In this document: positions 19,760-29,392 of the stretch, in pieces | How positions within the stretch are numbered: the first letter of the stretch is position 1 | Layout: each line of letters starts with the position of its first letter | Assembly: GCA_024405635.1 (NCBI GenBank) | Contig: JAKSOL010000002.1 | Span: 128,001-192,000, forward strand | Source of the DNA: Salinivirgaceae bacterium | GTDB taxonomy: Bacteria > Bacteroidota > Bacteroidia > Bacteroidales > SZUA-534 | Length of the DNA stretch: 64,000 nt | Reading direction: 5' to 3' | Position numbers and translations under genes: made by a program | Notes under the pieces: generated by a model | Databases searched by the model: none | The model's input: only the letters and a program-made list of their open reading frames with translations | Told to the model about the DNA's origin: nothing

Positions 19760-20293
19760 ATGCAAACTAAAACTGAACTGCGAAAATTGATGGCTGCCGA
19801 AAAACGTAAACTATCGGCAGAACAATGCCACGCGCAAGCCGAAAGTGTTTTTAGTAAGCTTGAGCAGATGGTGCAATTTAAGCAAGCTAAGGTTGTGGCA
19901 ACTTATTGGTCGTTGGCCGATGAGATTGATACTCATAGTTTTGTAGAGCGTTGGTGTAAAAGCAAAATTATTCTTCTGCCTATTGTGGTTGGTAACGATT
20001 TGGTTTTTCGCCAGTTCACAGGAGTGCAAAATATGCAAGTTGGGGCGTTTGGCATTTTAGAGCCCGTTGGTGGCGAATACAAGCAACTTTCTGATGTCGA
20101 TTTGATAGTTGTTCCTGGCGTGGCTTTTGATTCAGCCGGTAATCGCATGGGGCGTGGACGCGGTTTTTACGACCGAACATTGTCGGCAGTAAATTGCTTT
20201 AAGGTTGGTGTGGCTTACAATTGTCAGCATGTCGATTGCGTGCCTACTGAGCCAACCGACATAGCAATGGATGCGGTTTTGTTTGGCGAATAA
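19760..20293 (+). CDS. 5-formyltetrahydrofolate cyclo-ligase
   Basis: FGILEP, VPGVAFD, RMGRGRGFYDR. Confidence 0.93.
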   Translation: MQTKTELRKLMAAEKRKLSAEQCHAQAESVFSKLEQMVQFKQAKVVATYWSLADEIDTHSFVERWCKSKIILLPIVVGNDLVFRQFTGVQNMQVGAFGILEPVGGEYKQLSDVDLIVVPGVAFDSAGNRMGRGRGFYDRTLSAVNCFKVGVAYNCQHVDCVPTEPTDIAMDAVLFGE

Positions 20294-20349
20294 AAAAGAG
20301 AGATTGCTAATCTTGCATAAAATGAAGAGCAAGGCAATTGGCGGGGTGC

Positions 20350-20871
20350 CTATAGATAAATTTCAAGCAAACCGTCGGGTAATGTAACGTTAACGCTCCT
20401 TTTTCGGCGGTTAATATCATTGATAAAGTCGGGGTGGAAGGGTATTAAAACATTGTTACCGTTGTGATTAATAACCATAGTTGGATTTATGTCCATGTTT
20501 TCAAATCCATCAATGGAGCCAATGTTTCCGTGTTTTGTGTCGATGATGTTAAAACCAACTAGAATTTGCTCAGGTAATTCTTCTTCTTCAAATCCATCGA
20601 GCCAATCGTTGCTAACCAACACAGGGCAGCCAACAAGTTGAAGTGCTTTTTTTTCGTCGTTAACATCGTCGAATTTGATGCGTACGCGACGACCGCTATT
20701 TATTTTTGCCCATTCAACAAAAAAAGGAACCCGTAGTCCTTCTATTTCAAGGAATACGGGTTCGGTAATATCTTCGAGTATTTCGGGACTATCGGTTTCA
20801 ATCATAAGTTCGCCAGCAATGCCGTGAACTTTTACAACTTGACCAATAACCGAGCTGTCGTCAATACTCAT
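20350..20871 (-). CDS. rimM: Ribosome maturation factor RimM
   Basis: IGQVVKVHGIAGEL, VPFF, LIPF, LPDGLLEI; follows rpsP; start at ATG 20871. Confidence 0.92.
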   Translation of the reverse strand: MSIDDSSVIGQVVKVHGIAGELMIETDSPEILEDITEPVFLEIEGLRVPFFVEWAKINSGRRVRIKFDDVNDEKKALQLVGCPVLVSNDWLDGFEEEELPEQILVGFNIIDTKHGNIGSIDGFENMDINPTMVINHNGNNVLIPFHPDFINDINRRKRSVNVTLPDGLLEIYL

Positions 20872-20881
20872 GGCTGAAAAA

Positions 20882-21430
20882 TTATTCAGCAGCTGGAGTT
20901 TCAGCAGCAGTTTCTTCAGCAGGAGCCTCAGCGGCAGCCTCTTCAGCAGCAGCTTTTGCAGCAGCTTCAGCCTCAGCGCGTTTTTGAGCAATTTCAGCAG
21001 CGCGAGCTTCGTTAATTTTGCGTTCAGCCTCTACTTTTGCTTTTTTAGCGTCTTTTGCGTCAACAATGTTTTTGGTTTTTGCAGCAGCCAATTTGTCGTT
21101 CTTTTCAGAAACCCATTTTTCAAATTTAGCTTTAGCAGCAGCCTCGTCAAAGGCACCTTTTTTAACACCGTCAAGCAAGTGTTTCATAAGAAGAACACCC
21201 TTGGTTGAAAGAACCATACGAGCGGTTTCGGTTGGTTGTGCACCAACTTGTAGCCAATAAAGAGCACGATCGAAGTTAAGTTCAATTGTAGCAGGATTTG
21301 TGTTAGGATTGTACGAACCCAATTTTTCAATGAACTTACCATCTCGTGGCGCCCTGCTATCGGCAACAACAACGTGATAAAAAGCAGCTGCTTTTCTTCC
21401 GTGTCTTGACAATCTGATCTTTACAGACAT
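20882..21430 (-). CDS. rpsP: 30S ribosomal protein S16 (long Bacteroidetes form)
   Basis: [33 protein letters not shown]. Confidence 0.97.
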   Translation of the reverse strand: MSVKIRLSRHGRKAAAFYHVVVADSRAPRDGKFIEKLGSYNPNTNPATIELNFDRALYWLQVGAQPTETARMVLSTKGVLLMKHLLDGVKKGAFDEAAAKAKFEKWVSEKNDKLAAAKTKNIVDAKDAKKAKVEAERKINEARAAEIAQKRAEAEAAAKAAAEEAAAEAPAEETAAETPAAE

Positions 21431-21467
21431 AGTTTTATTGTTTTAAATTGTTAAAAATTTTGAGCCG

Positions 21468-21475
21468 CAAATATA
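21468..21475 (-). promoter_or_regulatory. -7 promoter box (TATATTTG) for rpsP-rimM
   Basis: TAnnTTTG consensus. Confidence 0.65.
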
Positions 21476-21774
21476 GTGCGTTTTTTTAGTTGAAAAACAT
21501 TGTTCTTGTTTTTATTTCAGCTTTTATAATTTTCAGTTTTAATTGCGCAGTTTTGATGCTGTATGTTGCTGATTGTGATGTTTTTATGTGGCGGTAAAAC
21601 AGAAAGTGTTATGCTCCGGTTTTTTGCGTTTGCTTTTTTATTTCGGCAGTTGTTGGTGTAATAATTTTTGAAAAGAATGTGCGTTTATTTAATTGGTAAT
21701 GTGAGTGGTTGACATGAAAAATGAAATAGTGAACATTGCCAAATATTTTACATTTGCCAAACAACCTTTAAAAT

Positions 21775-23766
21775 ATGAAACGTATAACCTTGTTGCTCTT
21801 TGCAATTGTATGCAGCACGAGAGCTTTTGCTCAGTTTGATATTGGACACTATTTGCGTGAGGGACATCGCGATATTACTAAATCGAACTACACAAGTGCA
21901 ATAAATCGTTTCAATACCATTATTCAAGTTAAGCCCGATATGTTAGAGCCTTACTATTTGCGCGGTTATTGCAAATTTAGGCTCGACGATTACATTGGTG
22001 CAATGCGCGATTTCCAGCGTGTTATTGAACTTAATCCATATTTTGCTGATGGATACCGTTTTAGGGGCATTATTAAAGTGATGCAGCAAGATTTTCATGA
22101 TGCAATGGAAGATTATGCACATGCCTTGGAACTCGACCCGTCAAATGCCGATATTTATGCTAGTCGAGGGTTTACGTATATCTCTATGAAAGAATACGAA
22201 AAGGCCATTGCCGATTTTAATCAAGCGTTAATCCTACGGCACGACATGTCGTCGGCGTACTTTCAGCGTGGTTATGCACGTTTGTGTACCGATGATGTAG
22301 ATGGTGCTATTGACGATTTTACTCGCGGCATAAAATTGAGCCCATATAGCCCCGACGGATACAGCCGTAGAGCTATGGCGCTTGCTATGAAAGAGGATTT
22401 TGAGCGTGCGCTGTCAGATATCGATCATGCAGTTGAAATTGACCCACAAGATGCATCGCTTTATTTTAACCGAGCTATTGTGCGTTACAAATCGAACAAC
22501 CTACAAGGCGCAATGGAAGATTATAACAAGGTGCTTGAACTAAATCCGAAAAATGCGCTTACGTTTTTCAACAGAGCTTTGCTTAATTACGAAATTGGTA
22601 ATGTTGAACAGTCTATTGCCGATTATTCGCAGGTAATTGAGTTAACTCCCAGCAACATTTTGCCATATTTTAACCGCGGATGCATAAAATTTGAGACGAA
22701 CGATTTTTATGGAGCTATTGAAGACTGGAGCCAAGCTATCAATATTTTCCCCGATTTTGCAAAAGCATATCAAGCTCGTAGTTCGGCACGGTTTCAGATA
22801 GGCGATGTGGCAGGTGCAATGAAGGATAAAAAAATAGCTGAACAAAAAATTGAAGAGTACCAAAAACGTCAAGGTGGCGATTCGTTGATGGCAGAATTTG
22901 TTGACACTTCGTACAATTTTCGAAAGGTTATTGAATTTGATAGCGATTTTTATCGAGCTAATGCCGACGATGGCGAGATTCAGAATAAAGAGGTTTCAAT
23001 AAATCTAAAACCAATGGTGGTACTAACCACTAAAAAGCCTGAGAATGACGGAATTGCTATTTATTTGGCAAACTTGGAGGAACTGAATAAAAACCAAAAT
23101 ATTGACCAACAAATTGTGTTTTCGGTTCAACCTTCGGTGTTGAGTGCCGATTCGGTGCGAATGTTGCTGAATAAAACCGAGCAAGCAAAATTGCAAAACG
23201 CGGGCGACCAGTTTCTTTACTTCTATCAAGGTTTGCTCAATAGCATGATGCAGAACTATAATCAATCGATAAAAGCTTATTCAACAGCAATTGATATTGC
23301 TCCCGATTTTTTGTTGGCGTACTTGAATCGTGCCGCAACTCGGTATATGATGATTGAATATATGAGTACGCTTAACGATTTTAAGCCTGTGATAACAATT
23401 GGTAACGACAACGCAGTGCCAGTTAAGCAAGCCGACACTCATCTTGAGGTTGAAAACGACTACTCGGCAGTGATTGAAGATTTGAATAAGGCAATAAATT
23501 TGAATCCACAAATGGGAGTCTCGTATTACAACCGAGGAAATGTGTTCTGTATGTCGCGTCAATTTACTGAGGCTATTGACGACTACACCCGTTCAATTGA
23601 AATAGGCCCTGCGTTGCCACAAGCATATTACAACCGAGGTTTGACGCTTATTTTTCTTGAAGATAAAGAAAAAGGCTGCTACGACATTAGCAAAGCTGGC
23701 GAGCTTGGCATTGACGATGCTTATGTGGTTTTGAAAAAGTATTGCAAGACAGGCCAAAAGAACTAA
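21775..23766 (+). CDS. Secreted tetratricopeptide-repeat protein
   Basis: Signal peptide; many YxxRG...AixDyxxaieLnP repeats; TACATTTG box at 21749-21756. Confidence 0.9.
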   Translation: MKRITLLLFAIVCSTRAFAQFDIGHYLREGHRDITKSNYTSAINRFNTIIQVKPDMLEPYYLRGYCKFRLDDYIGAMRDFQRVIELNPYFADGYRFRGIIKVMQQDFHDAMEDYAHALELDPSNADIYASRGFTYISMKEYEKAIADFNQALILRHDMSSAYFQRGYARLCTDDVDGAIDDFTRGIKLSPYSPDGYSRRAMALAMKEDFERALSDIDHAVEIDPQDASLYFNRAIVRYKSNNLQGAMEDYNKVLELNPKNALTFFNRALLNYEIGNVEQSIADYSQVIELTPSNILPYFNRGCIKFETNDFYGAIEDWSQAINIFPDFAKAYQARSSARFQIGDVAGAMKDKKIAEQKIEEYQKRQGGDSLMAEFVDTSYNFRKVIEFDSDFYRANADDGEIQNKEVSINLKPMVVLTTKKPENDGIAIYLANLEELNKNQNIDQQIVFSVQPSVLSADSVRMLLNKTEQAKLQNAGDQFLYFYQGLLNSMMQNYNQSIKAYSTAIDIAPDFLLAYLNRAATRYMMIEYMSTLNDFKPVITIGNDNAVPVKQADTHLEVENDYSAVIEDLNKAINLNPQMGVSYYNRGNVFCMSRQFTEAIDDYTRSIEIGPALPQAYYNRGLTLIFLEDKEKGCYDISKAGELGIDDAYVVLKKYCKTGQKN

Positions 23767-23901
23767 CATCTATACAGAAGTTTACTTTAGGTTTGTTTCT
23801 AATAACAAAATACCAAGAGTCGATAACATAACAACAAACAAAACTAACTAAGAGCGTTAAGTCTTATTCTTTTATAACAATTACGTAAAACATAAAGGAA
23901 T

Positions 23902-24177
23902 ATGAAAAGATTGATTTTAAGCGTAATGGTTGCAGTGTTGAGCATTAGCGCCATTGGACAAGTACATAATGGCCATGAATATGTTGACCTTGGGTTGCCA
24001 AGTGGCACACTTTGGGCAACTTGTAATGTGGGAGCCATCAATCCCGAAGATTATGGGTCATATTTTGTATGGGGCGAAACATCTCCGAAAGAAGTTTATT
24101 CAAAAGAAACATACGTGGATTGGAGCTACTATCCTCGCTACGGAGGGACCTCTGTTCGCCCTGTGTGCCAACCATAG
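23902..24177 (+). pseudogene. Probably internally deleted HEYVDLGL-type (DUF1566/Fib_succ_major-like, CLec-fold) secreted protein
   Basis: Signal peptide plus HEYVDLGLPSGTLWATCNVGA...YFVWGET joined directly to the family C-terminus RYGGTSVRPV; only 91 aa. Confidence 0.65.
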
Positions 24178-24199
24178 ATTGTTGTAAACTAAGCCATAC

Positions 24200-24235
24200 A
24201 AAGGCATTGTCAACAAACGGCAATGTCTTTTTTTT
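24200..24235 (+). terminator. Hairpin/terminator after 23902-24177
   Basis: AAGGCATTGTC-loop-GGCAATGTCTT followed by T run. Confidence 0.65.
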
Positions 24236-24242
24236 GTTTCCC

Positions 24243-24421
24243 GTAGAGACGTCGCACGCGGCGTCTTTTCCCCCAAAAAAACAATGCAATGAGACGTGGC
24301 ATGCCGCGTCTCTACAGGCTTTGGTATGAGAAATTGAGGTTGTGGAGACGTCGCACGCGGCGTTTCCAAGATGCAAAAATGTAATTCCTCAAAACCGAGA
24401 CGTGACATGCCGCGTTTGTAC
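24243..24421. repeat. Four REP-like palindromic repeats arranged as two inverted doublets
   Basis: GTAGAGACGTCGCACGCGGCGTCTTT (24243), GAGACGTGGCATGCCGCGTCTCTAC (24291), GTGGAGACGTCGCACGCGGCGTTTCC (24342), GAGACGTGACATGCCGCGTTTGTAC (24397). Confidence 0.85.
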
Positions 24422-24437
24422 GGGATTGGGCGTGGAC

Positions 24438-24476
24438 AAAAAAAATCCACATTCCAGTTTTAACTGAAATGTGGAT
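24438..24476 (-). terminator. Terminator after TonB-dependent receptor
   Basis: ATCCACATTCCAGTT/AACTGAAATGTGGAT stem, T-tract on minus strand. Confidence 0.7.
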
Positions 24477-24512
24477 GGTTAACTATGCAGAAAAACCTAA
24501 AACTAACTTGGT

Positions 24513-27500
24513 TTAGAAGGCGAAGTTTACACCAATTGAGTACAAAGCTTTTTGAGGGTCGGTGTAAGCAAAGTCGCGTTTGCCGTTAGCAAACAAGTTG
24601 TTTGCGGTGCCAAACAATTCGCAGCCTTGCGACAATTTGTAACCAGCTTTAAGGTTCAAAATAAACTTAGCATCAAGGTCAACGGTGCCGCATGAGATTG
24701 ACATTGTGCGAGCGCTCATAAAGTTGCCGAATGCTGAGATGTTTATTTTGTCGGTAGGCTTGTAAATTAAACCAACTACGCCATAGAACGAAGGCGTGTC
24801 TTTGTGTTTGTGGTTGTTTTCAATTTTTTGTTCAGGAGCATTTGCACTGCCAAAGAAATAGTCGCCAGTTGTATGGTCTTTGCAAATTGAGTAGCTGTAA
24901 CTTACATAATAACCAGCAACTTGCGAGGCTTGGTATGTTTTGCCTGTTTCTTTGTCATTATAGCCAGTGCCAAAATAAGTTGCAGATTTAAGTCCTTTAA
25001 TCAATTTGGCTTTATGTTCATCTGTCATTTCGTTGAAATAACTCAATTCGTCAAAGGTTGGTGTGTAAACAAATGCATTTTCAATAAATGATTGCCTTAA
25101 TGCTTCAGGTCTTGCATTGAATTCGTCCATTAAGCCAGTAAGGTTCATTGCCGATTTGGTTGTGGCTGTAAATTGCTCTTTGATGTGTTTGGTTTGGTTA
25201 TACACAAAGTAGTTGTCAATAATGGTTCTTTGCCAGTTTGCATTAACCTTGGCAATAAGTTTCTTTGATATAATCCAGTCAACATTTACACTAACACCCA
25301 TTTGTTTTACCTTGTAGTCAAGTTGTTGGTAGCGCAAGTTCAATTTGCGGTCAAATTGTCCTAATGATGAAACAACTTGAACAGGGTCGCTGTAGTCGAT
25401 GTTGCCAGCCATAACATTGCCAAGAATTGTTATAAGGTTGGTAGAGTCGATTGCTAACATTGATTGTGCAGCAGCAAGGCGACCGTAGTCTTTACTCCAA
25501 GAGTTATAAAATTCGGCATCAATCAAAAGTTGTTGAGTTGGTTTCCAACGGTAACCAAGTTCAATTCCGTGAATGCTAGCCAAATCAGACTCTGGAGTAC
25601 CAAGTAATTGAATAATGTTAGGGTCGCTCATGCCTTCGCGAACCCATTTGAAGTTTGATTTTGTGTTGGCAAACACTGGCGCGCGGTTAGATTTGCCGTA
25701 AACAAAACGAACAAAGTTGTTTGTGTTGATTTGGTAGTTTGCTGCAAATTGCCACGATGGATTCCATTTGTCGGGAGCATCGGTTTTGTCAACATGGCCG
25801 CAACCAATTAAACGTAAACCTCCAATTTTATAGTCGAGGCGCAAACCTGCACCAAATACCGACATTTTAGCGCTCGATGAGTTTAAGAAACCTGAGCTCA
25901 GGTATGTATCATCGTCGTTATCAACATCTTTATAGTGTAAGTATTGGTAGCTTAGGGCTGGGGTAATGTCCAAACCTTTCCATGTGTGTGTGTATTCGGC
26001 TGAAGCATTTAAGTTGTTGTAGGTAACCGAAAAACTGGGGAAACCTACAATAAAGTCTTGTGGACCACCTGTGTAGCTTACTGCAATGTTTGCTCCGTAA
26101 ATGTTACTATTAAGATTTGCGTAGTAGTTATCAAAACGGCGATAGGTAAGAGCCAATGGCCAGTCGCTGATTGCGGTGTTGGCGTCGTATGCATGATGGT
26201 ATCCGCCCGAAAGGTCAAAACGAACATCGTTGTTGGGGTTGTATGACAAATAAGCGTTGAAACCTTCGGCTTCGCGCGAGCGCTCTGGATCTTCAAAAGC
26301 GTCGTCAATGTTTACTTGACCAAACAAGTTTTTGAATTGATAACTGTTGGCTAATGCGCTAAAATCGTTTTTTATTGCAGGTGCGCTATATGCTGCGAAT
26401 GAGTTCAACTCTTCGATGCTTGCATCACCAAGTCCAAATTTGTCAAGAAGTCCCATTTCTTTAAGTTGAGGAAGCATTGCTTGAACGGTTTTGGTAATTT
26501 CTGCATCGGACATGCTAGCGTTTATTTTGTTGGGGAACATAGATGCCAGAGTTTTAATGCCCGAAAGGATGGTGTACATTGTGCTTAATCCGGCATCGTT
26601 ATAAGCGTCGCGCATGTTTTTAATTTCAACTTTGGTAAATGCTCCACCATTTTTTACGCTAATTAAACGGCCTGCGTTAATCATACTTTGAAGCGAGTCG
26701 GCCGAGAAAGGAACATTGTTTGCTGGGTTGTAGTAAGCCGAGCCTTCTGGTTGAATGTAATAGTCGTTGCCAGAATAGTCGTCTTGAGGGTAAAGGTGTA
26801 TTTTGTTAGTAACACGATCGCGGCGTTGCATGTTTACCGACAAACCAACCGATAGTTTGTTGTTAATGGCTTTGCGAACGGCTACTTCGCCGTTCATTGT
26901 GTTGTAGTTGCCCATTTTGAATTGTCCCGAAACAATTTTAGAGTCAACGCTTGGTTTTTCGGTTACAATGTTGATTACGCCAGTAACAGCGCCCATGCCA
27001 TATAAAGCGGAAACGGCACCGCGAACAACCTCAATTTGAGCAATATCTTCAATTGAAACAGGAATCATGTCCATATTGGTAGAACCCATGCCTTGGTTTT
27101 GCAATGGGCGGCCATCAACCATTAAAATAGTGTTTGAGTTTTCGGTGTAAAGGCACCAGTGGTTGTCAGGAATGTTGTTCAAACCACGTAGTTGAACGTC
27201 GTATATACCATTGTATTTTTCAGAAACGATAACGCCAGGCACAAAACGTAGGGCCTCTTCAATGGTGCTTACACCATAAGAGCGCAACTCGTCGCGGGTA
27301 ATAACGGTTGACGAAAGTGGAGAAGTAAAAGCGCTCTCCTCTTTTTTTGATGCTGACGACACATTTTTATTCATAATCATGGCAAAAAGCTCGTCAACAC
27401 TGCTAACTCCAAGTGTTTCGGCTGCGGCCATAAGTTGGTCAAAAGGAAGGTCTGACAACTCCTCGAAACTCATGCTTAATATTTGGTCGCGAGTTAGTTG

Positions 27501-27566
27501 TTGTTCTTGTGCCGATACAGTTGTTGCTAAAGTAAGCGCAAGTATGGCAATTAGTATTTTTTTCAT
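24513..27566 (-). CDS. TonB-dependent outer-membrane receptor
   Basis: Signal peptide; VSSASKKEE, EEALRFVPGV, LMVDGRP, IEVVRGAVSALYG..AVTGVINIVT plug motifs; terminal Phe (GVNFAF). Confidence 0.9.
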   Translation of the reverse strand: MKKILIAILALTLATTVSAQEQQLTRDQILSMSFEELSDLPFDQLMAAAETLGVSSVDELFAMIMNKNVSSASKKEESAFTSPLSSTVITRDELRSYGVSTIEEALRFVPGVIVSEKYNGIYDVQLRGLNNIPDNHWCLYTENSNTILMVDGRPLQNQGMGSTNMDMIPVSIEDIAQIEVVRGAVSALYGMGAVTGVINIVTEKPSVDSKIVSGQFKMGNYNTMNGEVAVRKAINNKLSVGLSVNMQRRDRVTNKIHLYPQDDYSGNDYYIQPEGSAYYNPANNVPFSADSLQSMINAGRLISVKNGGAFTKVEIKNMRDAYNDAGLSTMYTILSGIKTLASMFPNKINASMSDAEITKTVQAMLPQLKEMGLLDKFGLGDASIEELNSFAAYSAPAIKNDFSALANSYQFKNLFGQVNIDDAFEDPERSREAEGFNAYLSYNPNNDVRFDLSGGYHHAYDANTAISDWPLALTYRRFDNYYANLNSNIYGANIAVSYTGGPQDFIVGFPSFSVTYNNLNASAEYTHTWKGLDITPALSYQYLHYKDVDNDDDTYLSSGFLNSSSAKMSVFGAGLRLDYKIGGLRLIGCGHVDKTDAPDKWNPSWQFAANYQINTNNFVRFVYGKSNRAPVFANTKSNFKWVREGMSDPNIIQLLGTPESDLASIHGIELGYRWKPTQQLLIDAEFYNSWSKDYGRLAAAQSMLAIDSTNLITILGNVMAGNIDYSDPVQVVSSLGQFDRKLNLRYQQLDYKVKQMGVSVNVDWIISKKLIAKVNANWQRTIIDNYFVYNQTKHIKEQFTATTKSAMNLTGLMDEFNARPEALRQSFIENAFVYTPTFDELSYFNEMTDEHKAKLIKGLKSATYFGTGYNDKETGKTYQASQVAGYYVSYSYSICKDHTTGDYFFGSANAPEQKIENNHKHKDTPSFYGVVGLIYKPTDKINISAFGNFMSARTMSISCGTVDLDAKFILNLKAGYKLSQGCELFGTANNLFANGKRDFAYTDPQKALYSIGVNFAF

Positions 27567-27594
27567 TGTTGATAGTAAGTTGCTTGTTTTTTTG

Positions 27595-28101
27595 TTAATC
27601 TACTGATTTTCCCAGTTGTAGGAGTTGCGATGAAACATCAAGTCCGCATTTTTCAATGTTGGCTTTTGATATTTCGTACTTAAGTTTTTCGCCTTCGGTA
27701 ACAAACGAAATACCAGCACCGTTAGCGCAATGTCCGCCTTTGTCGCTCACAATAAGCACGCGGTTGCCTTTTTGCGAGTTTACTAACTGACCAATTTGAC
27801 CAGCTTTTGAAGCGTCGAGGTAAATAATGTCGCTTTTTGCAACGTCGGCAAGAGTGGCCGCATCTTTAACAATCACGGTGCGGTTGCCAATTTTACGGGT
27901 TTGCGACAGTTTCTTCAACTCGCCTGATAGGGCAGTGTTTGAGATGATTGTGACCACAAGGTCTTTTGAGTTGTCAATTTCGGGCCAACCAATGTTTTTG
28001 GCAAAGTTGTAAATGTAAAGCGCCTGAAACTGAGTTAGGCCTTGAGCATAAACTGTTGATGTCCCCAAAACCATGAATAGGACGAAAAGAATTTTTCGCA
28101 T
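27595..28101 (-). CDS. YfiR-family (DUF4154) periplasmic protein
   Basis: Signal peptide; QALYIYNFAKNIGWP, AGISFV..GEKLKYEI, GLDVSSQLLQL; TAATTTTG box at 28146-28153. Confidence 0.85.
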   Translation of the reverse strand: MRKILFVLFMVLGTSTVYAQGLTQFQALYIYNFAKNIGWPEIDNSKDLVVTIISNTALSGELKKLSQTRKIGNRTVIVKDAATLADVAKSDIIYLDASKAGQIGQLVNSQKGNRVLIVSDKGGHCANGAGISFVTEGEKLKYEISKANIEKCGLDVSSQLLQLGKSVD

Positions 28102-28436
28102 GTTTGTTAGTATTAGTGAATAATAATATTCGATTTTTCGGGATGCAAAATTAAATTATTTATTTATAGTAATGTCTGCTGGTTTTATTGTGTTTATGCT
28201 GATATTATTCATTTTATTATCATTTTCAATTCATTGAAATATTGTATTTTATCTCATTGGTTGATTGTTAAATGTCTGATATATAAGTATAAAGGCTTAT
28301 TTGTGTTAATCGTTTTAATGTTTTGCCTATTTAAACAGGATAGAAGTGTATTTGTTTAGGTTTTTTGTCAAAATTTATTTGTATAAATATTTATTATTTA
28401 TGAATAAATATGCAATACTTTTGCTGTGAAACAGAC

Positions 28437-28474
28437 AAAAAAACGCCTATTCATTTTTATGAATAGGCGTTTTT
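28437..28474 (-). terminator. Terminator ending the parA...SRPBCC gene run
   Basis: AAAAACGCCTATTCAT-TTTT-ATGAATAGGCGTTTTT. Confidence 0.8.
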
Positions 28475-28492
28475 ATTGTGATGATTTTGTTT

Positions 28493-28891
28493 TTAGATGC
28501 GTTCCAGATTGTCAACTATCGAGTTTACAAATTTTGTAAGAGGCCCTTTTGCTACCGCACCCAAAAGCATGTTAAGTTCAGCGTCGAGTGTAACTTTTAC
28601 GGCCGAGTCGGTTTCTTGAAATTCTTTCATTTGAATCCACATTGTAAATTTTATGGAGCTATCTTCGGTGGCCGCAATTTTTACGGTTTTAAAAGGCTCG
28701 CGGTCAATTACACGCATTCCAAAGTGCCCAGCGTTGTTAATGTCAAACGAGCAAGAGTCTTCGGTTACTTGTAGGTTGCTTATTTTGTCTTGGGGTAACA
28801 TGTTAGTACTTAGTCGGTTAAAGTCCGACAATGCGGCATAAATTGTTTGTGGGGTTCGGCGAACGTGACCAATTCGGCTTTCTATTCTCAT
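28493..28891 (-). CDS. SRPBCC/START-fold family protein
   Basis: About 132 aa, IYAALSDF...FTMWIQMKE...LDAELNMLLGAVAKGPL pattern; ATG 28891. Confidence 0.7.
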   Translation of the reverse strand: MRIESRIGHVRRTPQTIYAALSDFNRLSTNMLPQDKISNLQVTEDSCSFDINNAGHFGMRVIDREPFKTVKIAATEDSSIKFTMWIQMKEFQETDSAVKVTLDAELNMLLGAVAKGPLTKFVNSIVDNLERI

Positions 28892-28919
28892 AATTAAAGT
28901 GTTTTGTGGTTGGAGTTTA

Positions 28920-29375
28920 TCAGTAGTCTTTTTGTTTACTATCAATAATAATGGTAACGGGCCCATCGTTAATTAGTTCCACGTCCATCATGGCGCCAAA
29001 GCGGCCGGTACCAACTCTGCATCCGGAGGCTTTGCCTATTTCGGCAATAAATTGTTCGTATAAGGGTATTGCAATTTCGGGTCTAGCTGCGCGAATGTAC
29101 GACGGACGGTTGCCTTTTGCGGTTTGAGCAAACAATGTAAACTGCGATACAACTAAAATTTCGCCCCCTACGGTTGCAACATCAAGGTTCATTACTCCTT
29201 TTTCGTCGTCAAAGATGCGTAGTTTGCTAATTTTTCCCACAAGGTAATTTAGGTCGTCGGTTGTGTCATCTGGAGCAACTCCTAGCAGAATCATCATTCC
29301 GTGGTTTATTGACGAAACTATTTCTCCGTCAATAGTTACGCTTGATTGTTTTACTCGTTGAATTACAGCGCGCAT
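28920..29375 (-). CDS. dtd: D-aminoacyl-tRNA deacylase
   Basis: MRAVIQRV, VSQFTL, KGNRPSY, FGAMM, NDGPVT. Confidence 0.97.
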   Translation of the reverse strand: MRAVIQRVKQSSVTIDGEIVSSINHGMMILLGVAPDDTTDDLNYLVGKISKLRIFDDEKGVMNLDVATVGGEILVVSQFTLFAQTAKGNRPSYIRAARPEIAIPLYEQFIAEIGKASGCRVGTGRFGAMMDVELINDGPVTIIIDSKQKDY

Positions 29376-29392
29376 ATTTTTTGAGAGGTTAG

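Noticed and set aside
20882-21100. Low-complexity GCA/GCT repeats in rpsP and the Leu-rich N-terminal extension of the rimM ORF
   Set aside because: Normal Ala/Glu/Lys tail of Bacteroidetes S16; the rimM extension is the overlapping off-frame reading.
24243-24421. Possible CRISPR array
   Set aside because: Repeats alternate in orientation and sequence, there are only four, and no cas genes or leader are present; fits REP elements.
24038-24450. Short ORFs with repeated ETxxAxS / DAACDVS peptides
   Set aside because: Translation artefacts of the palindromic repeats.
28102-28430. AT-rich intergenic region as ncRNA or riboswitch
   Set aside because: No recognisable riboswitch consensus or stable stems; treated as a promoter region.
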